In this document: piece by piece, positions 1 through 11,914 of the stretch
How positions within the stretch are numbered: the stretch's first letter is position 1
Layout of the letters: each line of letters opens with the position of its first letter
NCBI GenBank assembly: GCA_032718475.1
Contig: JAUCBJ010007073.1
Span: 1 to 47,113, forward strand
Direction: 5' to 3'
Source of the DNA: Nemertoderma westbladi
Lineage: Eukaryota; Animalia; Xenacoelomorpha
Length of the DNA stretch: 47,113 nucleotides
The notes under the pieces: generated by a model
Seen by the model: the letters and a program-made list of their open reading frames with translations, nothing else
Database searches by the model: none
What the model was told of the DNA's origin: nothing
Translations under genes and position numbers: made by a program

Positions 1-2665
1 CCTAACATACCGATACAAAACTCTAGAATTTTACAAAATAATTTTGACCGAAACTGAATTCTCGCAAACCTAGCTAAAATTTTCAAAAAAAAAAACTTAC
101 TAATTACAATTTGCCCTAAGGCCTAAGGAACTGCTGTATTCGCAATTAGCAAAACGCACTACCGTACATCCACTGTACGCAGTACAGTAAGTAAAACAGT
201 ACACCAACCTAACAGCCTAATTAATACTGTGTGTGGTACGGCAAAACAAATGTCACTTCTACCGTACGCAGTAACAGCAATCAGCCTAATGTACTACTGT
301 ACTATTGTACCAGCGACCAGTGAATACAGTAATCTAAACTAGCCTAAAAATACACTCTCTGTCCTACTATACGCAGTACAGTAAATAATACAGTAATCTA
401 ATTTGTATTTACTGTACGCAGTACAGCAAGCAAATCACGTGCTTTACTGTTACGAAGTAACAGTAAATAATACAGTAATCTAATTTAACAGCCTAAAAGA
501 ATATACTCTCTGTCTTACTGTACACAGTACAGCAAAACAAAACGTGCTTTACTGTTAAACAAACTACCCCGGCCTAACCAATAAAGACACAAAACTGCTC
601 TATTTATTAGACAGGGCAATCAGGAGCGTATTATTGCTAATGTGAGGGGCTGCTAAATACAAAACCGCTACTTACCGTTAGATGGCGCTAACCTGCCGTC
701 CGCTAATATGTTTTACTAATTTTCTACGGCTCCTGCTAATTTCTTGTTCCTTTCTCTACCAATTACTCGATAGAGAGCTAACTGTTCGAATATATGAGCC
801 ACGCGGGAATAACCAAAACAACAAACCCGAATCGGCTCCCTAAGCTGACTTAAAACGAGTGTGAGAGGTTTTACACTCAGAGTATATTCTTACGCCTAAT
901 CTTACTGTTAAAGTACGCCAATGCCTACGTCTTTTCTAATCGCGAATACTGGGGGTTCCCTAACGGAATGTGTGAATGCGAGAATATTTAAAATAATCAA
1001 AGTGGTACAGTTTTTATTAGGGCTAATACCTATAGTGGGACTAAACTTGTCTGCGGCTGGCTTTAGGCCAGCAAATTACTAATGCGTTTTGCGTACTGAA
1101 TACTGCTATCTAGCTTATTGCCCGCTAATTCAAATAACCGCTCAGCGTGAATAGTTTACGGTACTCTAATTATTACCTTAGCTACTCTCCGCTATGCTGC
1201 GTACTAATTCTTAATTTTACTAATTAATTACAGTCACAAATATGTAACAGCCTAAAATACTGTATTACTTTGACCTAATCAGTAATTATTTACAGTAAAC
1301 TAAGAGATAGAAATCAATCAAAGGGAAAAGAGCGCCTATCTAAGCTTTCGTAATCTTAGGCACACTTTAGTAACACACCAATCAGCGTCAGCAATCACAT
1401 CTCGCAATGCGCGATTCACAATTGTACAATCCGCAATGCACGCAATTAGCAATTACACAGCACAATATAATAATTCGCAATACATGCAATTCGCAATTGT
1501 AAAGCACGCAGACCTCTCCCGGGTACATCTAGGCTTCCTAACTAACCCAATTCCTGCCCCCCTAATACTAAATAGAGACAAAACCTGGATCATCAGCCCC
1601 CTAATTACTGTACCAGCGAGCTGCCCCCACGCTACAATGCAAATTGCCCGACCGCAACGGTGACCCCCCGCCAGCGTTGCTCGCCTTTGAATCCTCCGCT
1701 CCCTCCTAGTCGCTCAACCCCCCGATGCGCCCACCGCCCACTGGCACCTTAGCCCTCCATGATGCTAATAGCTACCGTAGCGGCGCATGCAAATCACAAA
1801 GTCTGACGGTCTCAGAAATCCCTTAGGATTATTGCGCAGAAAGGAATCACATAGAACCATTAATCAAAGAGTAGAAATCATAGTTCAATTGTAATTAGCA
1901 GTAATCGAAGGAATTATTGAGAAACACAAGCAAGTAATCGCACTAGCAAATCATTTCAAGAAATTAATCAAATTAGCAAATTGCAGAAAATACGAGTATC
2001 AAGAAAACAGTAAGACAGGTGCTAGGGCTAGGTGTCATGTGATAAGAGATTGATAACAGGCTCTACCGGCACACCGCCAATTTATAGGTGATCCGGGTGG
2101 GATGATGCAATAGGGTGACTCAATCGCTCTCCTATTGGCTCTCCAGTCCATGCTAGCATTAGACCAACCTGGAAGCAGTTAATCCAATAAGGAGGCCGGA
2201 TTGTAGCCCTATTGCTCAAATTATTACCATATATGGTAATGGTTCACGTCTCTGGCTACTGAATGGCCAGGACGGCGTCCCTATATGCTAGCCCTACTAA
2301 AGCTAATATCAGCAAGCACGGAATCCAGGGTCCGAATAAACTTACCCTGGAACTATCTACATATAACCTAATACAAAATTACGTAGGTAGGGCTACATAC
2401 TATACAAAATGAATGGATTCAACTATATGGGTGTTCCGATTTCCCTATCTAAATATCATTGCGTCATTATGCCTTATCTAAAATATTATGCTGCACAACG
2501 GACTAATATTACGTACAGTATAACGGACTAATATTGCATACTGCATAACGGACTAATATTGCATACTGCATGATGACTAATAATATGGATACAGCGCCAT
2601 ATACCGTAACACTTACCCTAACACCCAGTAGTCAGTCGGGTGTTGAGCCAACCGCTCCCGTCACA
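1..2665 (-). mobile_element. Possible LTR/5' non-coding region of an LTR retroelement (no coding domain seen)
   Basis: Minus strand begins TGTGACGGGAGCGG at 2665 (TG start). TATA-like TATAAAT near 2080-2086. Internal short duplications (e.g. 365-450 vs 455-555). No partner LTR in the window. Confidence 0.25.
2497..2585. repeat. Short tandem repeat, about 25-bp unit containing AACGGACTAATATT, about 4 copies
   Basis: Directly visible repeated motif. Confidence 0.75.
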
Positions 2666-3685
2666 CACAGTTTTACTGTCAATATCCAATGTACTGTACT
2701 TACTTCTATTACTGATTGACCACAATGACGACCAATATGCTTAACACCCCCCAGGTAAGGAGCGACAGGCGTCTACATACTACTTTCTGATTAGTTTAGT
2801 TCATTTGACTATCTGTCGTACAGTAAAGCCTACGATTATGGATATTTGTAGCATACTTTGTACCAATCTCTACCTTACTTTACTATATATTGAGCTCGGA
2901 TCTATCTTTTTCCAATGGATTGCTAACCTGATCATCTTCACGCATGTGCGCGTCAGCGCGACCCTCTCACAGGGAGAATTATCCGTTACTTCAATAACGA
3001 ATATTTATTACTGCATTATTTTTTTGGAGGCATTTTATTTTTTTGCCATAATCCACTGCTGAGATGTGTCTATGTGTGCTGTATTCAGCACTCCAGGTAT
3101 CAATAATTGCTAATAATGTTTTAATAATGTTTTGTTGCTGCTTAAAGCCACCACAAAATGTACAACAGAAATGTAGGTAACATGTCATAAACATTATTTC
3201 TTAAATTTCAGATTCTCCAGCCGTTCACTACTCCACCCAGGTAAATTAGACAGTTATTCACTATCACTTTCATCTAATCTCATGGTTTCAACGCAACATT
3301 ATATTAGCATTAGCTAGAGCTCCCACACTTTAGAACTAGAAAACTCACTAAAATTATATTTTATACGAAAATGATTGGGACTATTTATTTTGACGTAATT
3401 AACATTGTCGAGATACATACATTATTCCATCTTAAAATAAAATAAAATGTTTCGTGTTGTATTCATTTCCATTTTAATGTTATATTCCTCGCCATGTATT
3501 CATGAAACATCGGAAAACCATAAATTTCATTATCAGTTGTACAGTATTATTACGATGTACAATACATTGTTGGTATCAATGCTACATGTTGGACATTATT
3601 CATTTAGAATGCGGAAATACACAAATATTATATTATTTATATTTTATTTTCTTTATTTTATATTTTAAATATGACTTTAAAATTA

Positions 3686-5022
3686 AAACAAGAGCAAAAT
3701 ATATGACGGCATATGAGTCATTTTGGGTAGACATTAATATAGAATACACGAAGTGGGGCCTTCGCGCAGCACGTGAAATGAGTTAATGCTAAGTATCAAC
3801 TCGAAAGGATTATAAAAACATAGGAGAAGATTTTCCCGGAAAACGTTAACCCTCTAGCGGGAGACTGGGTAACTGAAGAAGGAAGGATTAGTTTCCCTAC
3901 AAAGCCACATCCTATGGTCTATTACATATCTACCAAGTTTCCGATTGACGGATCATAAATAACGAAATGTTGGAAGGTTTTCACTTTCATACATTTAGCC
4001 CTCTAGCGGCATATTAAAGAACTACGGATCGATCACCTTCCTCACAAAGACGAGGCATGTGGTCTAGTACATACCGGTACTGTATATTCCAAAATTCAGC
4101 TTAAATAGATTAAGATCAAGGAATTCGCAAAGGTTATCACTTTCCTACATTTCGCCCTCTAGCGGCAGACTCGAAAACTCCGGACCGATTACTGTCCACA
4201 CAAAGACTTAGGATGTCTTCTAGTACATATATGACAAGTTTCAGCGTAATCAGATCATAAACAACTAAATGGAAGAATAATTTCACATTCGGGACATTTC
4301 GCCCTCTAGCGGCAGACTGGAGAACTGCAGACAGATTAGCCTCCTTTGAAATTTACAGCTAATGGTCTAGTACATACTTCCCAAGTTTCAGCTTAAACGG
4401 ATTAAAAGCAAAGAAATGGGTGGCCATTTAATGTTTAGACATGTGGCCCTCTAGCGGGAGACTGGAAAACTTCGGACCGATTACAATCCACACAAAGACT
4501 CAGGATGTCATCTAGTACATATATGACAAGTTTCAGCGTAATCAGATCATAAACAACTAAATGGAAGAATAATTTCACATTCGGGACATTTCGCCCTCTA
4601 GCGGCAGACTGGAGAACTGCAGACAGATTAGCCTCCTTTGAAATTTACAGCTAATGGTCTAGTACATACTTCCCAAGTTTCAGCTTAAACGGATTAAAAG
4701 CAAAGAAATGGGTGGCCATTTAATGTTTAGACATGTGGCCCTCTAGCGGGAGACCATTGCACTGATGGTGTCTGAAAGTCTCTCAAAAATCTCAACTTTT
4801 GCTCATATTGATACCTACAAATTTTCAACTTGGCAGCTTTAAATCCGACAAAGTTATTAGCATGTCAAAATCGTAACGACGACGACAACGACGACGACGA
4901 CAACGACGACGACGACAACGACGACGACGACGACGACGACAACTATTTGCATAAATTGACCCACCCCCTAACAGTGTCAATTCGCTAAGGCTCCGCCAAC
5001 TTCGTGGCTCGCCCCACACGTG
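3686..5022 (+). mobile_element. Non-autonomous element with internal tandem array plus microsatellite (HINE/CvA-pearl-like architecture)
   Basis: Starts AAAACAAGAG. Contains about 7 units of about 146 bp, then a (GAC/AAC)n microsatellite (4876-4941), then a GC-rich potential hairpin (4981-5020). Family call rests on architecture only. Confidence 0.5.
3848..4755. repeat. About 146-bp tandem repeat (CCCTCTAGCGG anchor) with a near-identical 291-bp dimer duplication
   Basis: Anchor at about 3850, 4000, 4156, 4302, 4447, 4594, 4739. 4200-4460 is nearly identical to 4490-4750. Confidence 0.85.
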
Positions 5023-6670
5023 TTTTCTTATGTTTTACTTGACTTTATATATACTGAAATACTAAAAACTACAGTTTCAGTACCGTAAAACGTTACTTTA
5101 TATATCTACAGAAATACTTAAAACTTTATTTCATTTACCGGTACCGTAATTGATATACTTTTTATGGCTATTCCCCTTTTAACCTTTAACCCGGTTTACG
5201 GTTCCGGTACAACGGAAAGTGTATATAGACAAAATGATTCATATATTAAGTTTACGTAGTATAAATGGAAAACTCACAAAGTAAACAAAATTACAAATAT
5301 ATAAAACTCTCATAATACCATACCATAATTACTGCTCACTAATCCTAATACCACTGTATGGGAAATATGGATATAAAGAAACATTATATAAAATAAATTA
5401 AAATAAAAAATAACCTTCAACCCAATAAACGATAGTTTCCTAACATTATACTAAGTTTAACAGCAGTTTATCGTGATATACAAATACAGTATATTATTAA
5501 CCTTTACCTTACCATTATATGTACATGTAGTTCTAGTTAAGTACAGTACATAGTAATAAATATGTATCTTGGATACATTTGGCCCCGTGACGCTTATTCA
5601 GTGTAATTAAAAGTAGGTACCATGTGTGCAAACTGCTTCCAAGGTATCTATATACCATGAGTTTTACTGAATAATAGAAAACATTCAATTCAACTTGATA
5701 CATAAATGACACTAATACTTATTGCTCCATTATGTACTATATCGTTCGGTCGCACTGTCAATAAGTAAGTTGTAGAAAATACAGCAAAAAGTTCTCATGA
5801 GGAAAAAACAAACAACTGTTCATACCGGTTGGATGGATGGATTACTGCCCGTGGTACCGGTTTCGGAGGTACCGTTGTCCAGACCAACGTTGCTTGCCGT
5901 TCGCCGTGAGCATCGTTGCGTTGGTTACTAGCCCTACTGCCACCGGCTGTTGCGAGTGGCTGAGACTCATAGATGTGGGGAGCGAACCTATCATTGCAGT
6001 TTGGTGGAACAATCTTGTTAACATCATCAGTTGAATGCACAGAATTAGGTTTTCTGTTCTTTTCCAGACGAATAGTAACCACGCCGTTGTCCAAGTAAAC
6101 ATATTTATTGATTGTGTTAAATTGGTTAATTGGGAGCGATTATTCTACAGTTTTATAATAACATGTGGACTACTTTAATTTACTCAGTTAATCAGGGATA
6201 TGCACAGGCATTACTGCATTACCAAGCCAAAGACACGTGTCAAAGGACGCGCAAGACTCTCCGCTTTCAATTGATATAAGCCACGTGTGAAATGATTGAG
6301 ATTAATTGTGTTTTTGAATGGATCTAAAATCACCCTCCATAGAATATTAGAAATTCTCAGATCATTCAATATAATAAATTATCAGATCACTGCATAATAG
6401 GATGGGTCAAATTTAACTTTTTCTCGAATTTCAACTTTTCCCTATTAAAAGTTTTTGTAGAACCAAATTTTAGGAGGATTGGTCAAAACTAATTTATTCC
6501 AAACTAATTTTTAACATAATGACGTCAAATATGTAGCAGCCAATCTCAGCCGATTTTCAAAATTGGCTTCCCGGGCTTACTTAAACCCGCCATTTCGACC
6601 GCTTCCTCGTGTTTTTACAAAAACGCTCTTCAACATAGGCTAGTTTTCAGATAAAATTAAACAAGTCACT

Positions 6671-6704
6671 TTTGGGGTATTTTGGCCAATTCTGGCCCAC
6701 TGTG
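6671..6704 (-). mobile_element. Transib-like terminal inverted repeat (orphan end)
   Basis: Minus strand reads CACAGTG-GGCCAGAATTGG-CCAAAATAC. No matching opposite end found. Confidence 0.35.
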
Positions 6705-7313
6705 CAGTGCACCCCTCCACTCGATTCAGGGCACCTTGTTACCCATTATTCGATTGTTTCTAGCCCAACAATGGTTTCGCCCACCAACCTTATCCAGTCC
6801 ATTACAGCAGTAAGTATAACTCCCGACTTTCCCGACTGGGAATCATAGAGACAAATTGAAATAACCATTTTTCATTTTTCAGAGTCCATTTTTTTTTGGG
6901 GGGGGGGGGTGTTATTTGTGATTGTGGCTAATTACGGGGATCATCGTTGGGGGTGGGGTGGGTGGAGGTTTTTAGGGCAGTTATAATTAATTTATAATTA
7001 ATTAATTAATTTTGCAATCTATCTGTGCACAGTACCTACACTACAGTAGGGCATTCCTCCAATAGCGATGCTGTTTCTAACGCTTTTTCCCATCAACCTT
7101 CAGCGACAGTTGGCTCCATCCATACCAAGCTGCTTCTGTCAATTTTAAGAATTTTGGGAATTAAAATAAATTAATGAGTGATTGAATAATATATGTAAAA
7201 TTATTATAATGTATTAAATTATATTCCCTCATAGCTTATAATAAATGAATGTATAATTCTATAATTGTTTTGATAATTCATATTTTATGTCTACTTGATA
7301 GAATGGCTTAGAA

Positions 7314-7606
7314 ATGAAGGAATACGAAAAAATCGATATAATGGACAAGAAAGACGAAGTGTTGGAGCGGAGTTTGGTGCAAAAACTAGCCCTCTTCCCG
7401 AAGCAAGTTTTGTTCATATTGGGTAACGAGTTTTGTGAACGATTCTCTTACTATGGGATGAAAGCGGTGCTCACGCTCTACTTTACACAAGTGCTGCTTT
7501 TTACACCGGATTACGCTACCGCTGTCTACCACGCATTCGCAATGGCATGCTACTTCACTCCCATCCTCGGGGCAATGGTGGCCGACGCGTGGCTCGGCAA
7601 GTATAA
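7314..7606 (+). CDS. SLC15A1: SLC15/POT oligopeptide transporter, first visible coding exon (TM1-TM2). May begin at acceptor 7302 if an upstream exon exists
   Basis: EFCERFSYYGM (ExxERFxYY motif), AVYHAF, PILGAMVADAWLGKY. Donor AA|GTAAGT at 7607. In-frame AG acceptor at 7300-7301. A1 versus A2 orthology cannot be resolved here. Confidence 0.95.
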
Positions 7607-7699
7607 GTAAGTTAAACAGGATGCAATCCCTAGGTAAATAATACAATTCATTTTATTTAACGGCTGGATTCCACTGGTAGTCTGAAATTAGGGAATATG

Positions 7700-9090
7700 A
7701 AATTTTATGACTTTTCCTAAAATCTATGGTCTTCGAAATAGTGAAAACCGTTTTCAAAAATATTGGGAAGTTTTCGAGTTATAGCGGCATATTTACCCCT
7801 ACTTTTGGCACTTTTCGAGACGTTTTTTGAAAATTACATTTCATGAAATATGATTTGTGACATCTCTATCTTTGATTTACACCGGTGTTTTGGTGTTTAC
7901 AATTAGAAGGATTTCATATAAATTAATTTAGAAATTTCAAACTTGTTTTTTTCGGCAGGTGCCAAGTTTTGGTTCCAGCACCAAATTTTGAAAAATGTCA
8001 ATTTTGTAATTGATTGTTTGAACCTGTTTTTTCCGCAATAGGGTTTTTTGAGGTTCTGGTTTACATGGAATATATACGAGTTGCACCAGGCGTATCAAAC
8101 TTTTATTTTTCAGTGATGTGGGCAAAATTTTGTGACAGCACGAAATTTTGGAAATCCATTCAATTGTTAAATTGATTGCGACAACATTTTTCTCGCGTTT
8201 TACAGGTTTATTGTGGTTCTGAATTCAATGGAATAAATAATTATCTAACTAGACATCTCAAACTTGTATTTTTCGGAAGTGGGTGCAAAATTTGGTGCTA
8301 GCACCAAATTTTGAAAACCATCAAATATATAAATTGATTGTGTTTCCTTGTTTCTTGCGTTATACGGGTTTGTGAGGGTTCTGAATTCAATGGAATATGC
8401 ATAAGAGTTTTCAAACTTGTATTTTTCGCCGATAGGTGAAAATTGTTGTGCCAGCACCAAATTTTTGAAAACAAGCAAATTGATCAATAGATACAGTAGT
8501 ATCATCTTGTTTCTTGCGTTATACGGGTTTATGGGACATGGTTAGCACAGGACATCTCAAACTTGTACTTTTCGGTGATGCTTACGAAATTTGGTGTTTT
8601 CACCAAAATTTGCCATCTTACTCCGAAAAATACGAGTAGCATTAATCTGGTAAATTATAAATGTATTTCAGCGCCCCAGAAAACCTGAAAAAGTGAATTT
8701 TATAGCATCGTATAAGTGAATTAAAAATTTTGTGGTCAAACTAAAAAGTGCAGAAGTTTTTTCACTTTTTGACTACGTAGAGGACTAAAATAGCCATTTA
8801 TAGTATTCAGATCATTTTTACATAAAATTAAATAATTAAATAATAAATATGGATTTTGCGCCCCAGAAAACCTATATTATATTGAAAAACAATTAGGCGA
8901 AAATTGCAACTTTCAAATTTTATTAAAATTGTTCACTACTTGTAATATTGGTACTGTAATATAACCCAGTACATTTTTTCGAACATTTTCTCGGGTCGAT
9001 TCAGACTAGTGAAATCTACGACAAACAAAAAATCAGACGTTTTCGTTACAATTTGTAGATTTTTGAGAGGGGGGGGGGGGGGGGGGGTGG
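7700..9090. mobile_element. AT-rich non-autonomous DNA-transposon-like fragment with internal diverged repeats
   Basis: Recurrent AGCACCAAATTTTGAAA and AAACTTGTATTTTTCG motifs; GCGCCCCAGAAAACCT twice (about 8672, 8858). 9040-9070 is an inverted match to 47033-47069. Confidence 0.4.
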
Positions 9091-9954
9091 GGCATGAAGC
9101 TGCAAGATCCTTATGATGTTTATGACAAGAATCCATATTATAGACATGCAATTTTATACTCTTTGTACAAATCACTGCACTGGTATGGTCACTGTGCACC
9201 CCGTTTTCTTCCAAGCTGTTTTTGCATTATCTAGATTTTCTTTACTATTGCCCAGATTGATTTTTGATTCTTCGCAGCATTTCCCAGTGTCAAAATAACA
9301 TGGCTGACCACAGTATATGCATCCTTTGAGTTGGTTGTTAATATGCGGTTAGGTAGAGAAGTCTCTCTAATAGGTTATCTCGAATACTGCTGCGGAAGTT
9401 TGAGAGCTGCATTTCCAGTAGCCCTTCTAAATTGAAAGTTAGGAATCTTTGACTTGGTTTTGGCATTGTAGTGTTCTTAATTATCGTTTCTTTGCGTAGA
9501 TCAGGACATGTTGAGTCATGGATATGATCTGAAATATTTGAAGAATTGCAGGAATATACTTGGCTGCTTTTTAGGATTTCTAGTATAGACGATATAATAT
9601 TAGGGTATGGTCGATGTATGAATCATGCAGATGCATAATTCTTCCTTCCTGCTTTGTAAGTTTGAATAGGACTGTTTGAATTAAGTTTGAGTAGTAGAAG
9701 TACTCAACTCAAGTAGAAGTAGAAGTAAGTTTGAATGTTGGCATAGGACACGTGGCTTTCATAGACATGTCTGTAATACACAGGTTGAAGTTATCCAGGA
9801 TTTTTTCTTTAAATCATCTGCCAAACTTTGTTTATCTTGCCTTACTTGATTGTTCGCAATTACATTGATTAAATGAACCATTTTTGTTTCAACATTGACA
9901 TCCTCCATGAGAGTTGCGAGTCTTAAACATTCATTTATGTACTAATTTTCTAAA

Positions 9955-10027
9955 CTGGTCTACTACAGTTTGCTGGTAAATGGCGTGCTACTTCACTTCC
10001 ATCCTTGGTGAAATGGTGGCAGATGTG
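9955..10027 (+). pseudogene. Degenerate partial copy of the 3' end of the first SLC15 exon
   Basis: ATGGCGTGCTACTTCACTTCCATCCTTGGTGAAATGGTGGCAGATGTG versus exon ATGGCATGCTACTTCACTCCCATCCTCGGGGCAATGGTGGCCGACGCG (7542-7589). Confidence 0.8.
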
Positions 10028-10228
10028 CGAGAAGCCAAATAAAACAATACTGCTGTAAATATGTGAAATCCGAAATTCTACAAAACGTATTAGATTAGAA
10101 CCCCATGACAAAGTTAGGGTTCCATAAGTGCATTAATTACGGTTTGTACCGCACAATCAACACACTAACACATTTTTGTTCGTTGCTTTTCATTCACATT
10201 CAACTTGAAATTATTTGTTTTATTCCAG

Positions 10229-10587
10229 GACGATATTCTACATTTCAATCATCTACGCAGCTGGCAATGTAGTAATGGCAGTGACTTCTATTGATGCGGT
10301 GGGGAACAGTCAGGCTTGGGGCCCCATTATTGGACTGGCGTTAATCGCTTTAGGGACAGGTGGAATTAAACCTTGTGTGGCGGCCTTTGGGGGAGATCAG
10401 TTCGCCGCTGATCAAGCTGATATTCTCGCCATATTCTTCTCACTGTTTTACTTCGCAATCAGCGCAGGCAGTCTTGTCAGCACTTTTATTACGCCAATTT
10501 TTCGAAGTGACGTGGAATGTTTTGGTGCTGACGACTGTTACCCATTAGCATTTGGAGTGCCGGGAATATTAATGGTCATAGCTTCAA
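10229..10587 (+). CDS. SLC15A1: SLC15 transporter exon (TM3-TM6)
   Basis: TTCCAG| acceptor completes the split Lys codon (AA+G). GTGGIKPCVAAFGGDQF, FYFAISAGSL, CYPLAFGVP. Donor A|GTAAGT at 10588. Confidence 0.96.
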
Positions 10588-10931
10588 GTAAGTTTTGGAC
10601 GATACTTTATGTTATGTTATTGAAGTTGCTTTTGGTAAGACATGGACATTGCTTTAGGCAAGTTCTGGAGTTTGCTTTAGGTAAGTTATGGACATTGCTT
10701 TAGGTAAGATCTGCACTTTGCTTTAGGAAAGTTCTGGACTTTGCTTTAGGTAAGTTATGGTGGTTGCTTCAGGTAAGTTGGGCACGTTGATTTAGGTAAA
10801 TTATGGAGTCACTATCTATATACGTTTTGGACATTGCTTTAGGTAAGTTACATTAGTTGCTTTAGATAAGTAATGGACGTTGTTTTATGTAAATTAAGAT
10901 CGTTGCTTTAGGAAAGTTGTGGTGTGCTTTG
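10588..10931 (+). repeat. Diverged 23-bp tandem repeat (consensus GTAAGTTATGGACATTGCTTTAG), about 15 copies, beginning at the splice donor
   Basis: Units at 10635, 10658, 10681, 10704, 10727, 10750, 10773, 10796 and onward, in 23-bp register. Confidence 0.85.
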
Positions 10932-11198
10932 GCAGCCCCTTGGATAAAATAAGCATGGTGGATGGACACGGACAGACCTTGACTTTCTTGAGACGCCTCT
11001 TGAAGGAAACTGGCGTTAGAGATGCCGATAATCTCATGGGGGAGAGGGAGTTGTGGCGGTGCAATTTTGTTGATAATTTTGTAAAGCATTCTTGATTCTC
11101 ACACATTGTGGATTACAGGATGGTGGAAAAAATATTATTGTTAAGCCAGCATAGCATTTCACTGTGCAGCTTCAATACAACAGGAGTAGTAGTAGTAG
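10930..11198 (+). mobile_element. 5'-truncated 3' fragment of an RTE-clade LINE, related to the element at 23396-25203
   Basis: Translates WQP..NKHG..GQTLTFLRRLLKETGVRDADNL.MGERELWRCNFVDNFVKHS*, matching the C-terminus of the 23432-25042 ORF. Ends in a (TAG)n tail at about 11187-11198. Confidence 0.85.
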
Positions 11199-11471
11199 AG
11201 CCATAAAAGGGAAATATGATTTATTACTTGGAAAACATGGAAGGATTTACTGAGGACGATAACCCATGGTAGTGAATGGACATTCCTTGGCTTAGTAAGC
11301 ATAAACATTTCTCACATTTTGTCTCGTGGCGATAAGTTACCAGGGAAGATAAACACCTGGGGGAGATATTTTCCCAAGGGGCGATAAGGCCCAACAATCT
11401 TATATTATCCACTACAAAATTAAATAATTCATCATTTCATAATAGTGTAATGTCTCATCAATGTGACGGTG

Positions 11472-11914
11472 AGTAGTAGGGGTTTGCACAGCTCGATGAC
11501 AGTTGGACCTCACTGACACCCACTGGGTGTTATTGACGCCAGACTGTCTGGGTGACTCCTCCAAATTAGGCTAATTAGACCCTAATTGACAGGTGTCAAT
11601 AATTAATTAGTACAATTACACCCTAATAGGTGTCTTATGACATCTCATTAGGATTTAATTGATTATCCTATTTAATTAGACCGATTAGCACCCTGACACT
11701 CAATGGGTGTCAGTGAGGTCCAACTGTTACCAAGCCATGCAAAGGGTGTCATTAAGTGATACCTCTTCGCTTTTATTTATTGGTATTTATATATTTGTAT
11801 ATATTTTTATTTCATTAATTGTATTCATGTTTACTTTATTTAATTGTATTACTTTATTTAATTTATAAATTGATTTCTATTTTTAGATTTACCAATATCC
11901 CAAACAGAAGTAAT
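11472..11914 (+). repeat. Left TIR of the Polinton-like element
   Basis: Reverse complement of 31161-31645 along its length with moderate divergence, e.g. AGTTGGACCTCACTGACACCCACTGGGTGT and AGATTTACCAATATCCCAAACAGAAGTAAT. Confidence 0.93.

Noticed and set aside
2700-3250. Candidate upstream first exon (CAG|GTAAGG at about 2754, CAG|GTAAAT at about 3240)
   Set aside because: Plausible donors, but no coding or transcript evidence to choose between them.
4825-5019. Arg/Cys-rich protamine-like ORF
   Set aside because: Translation of a (GAC/AAC)n microsatellite.
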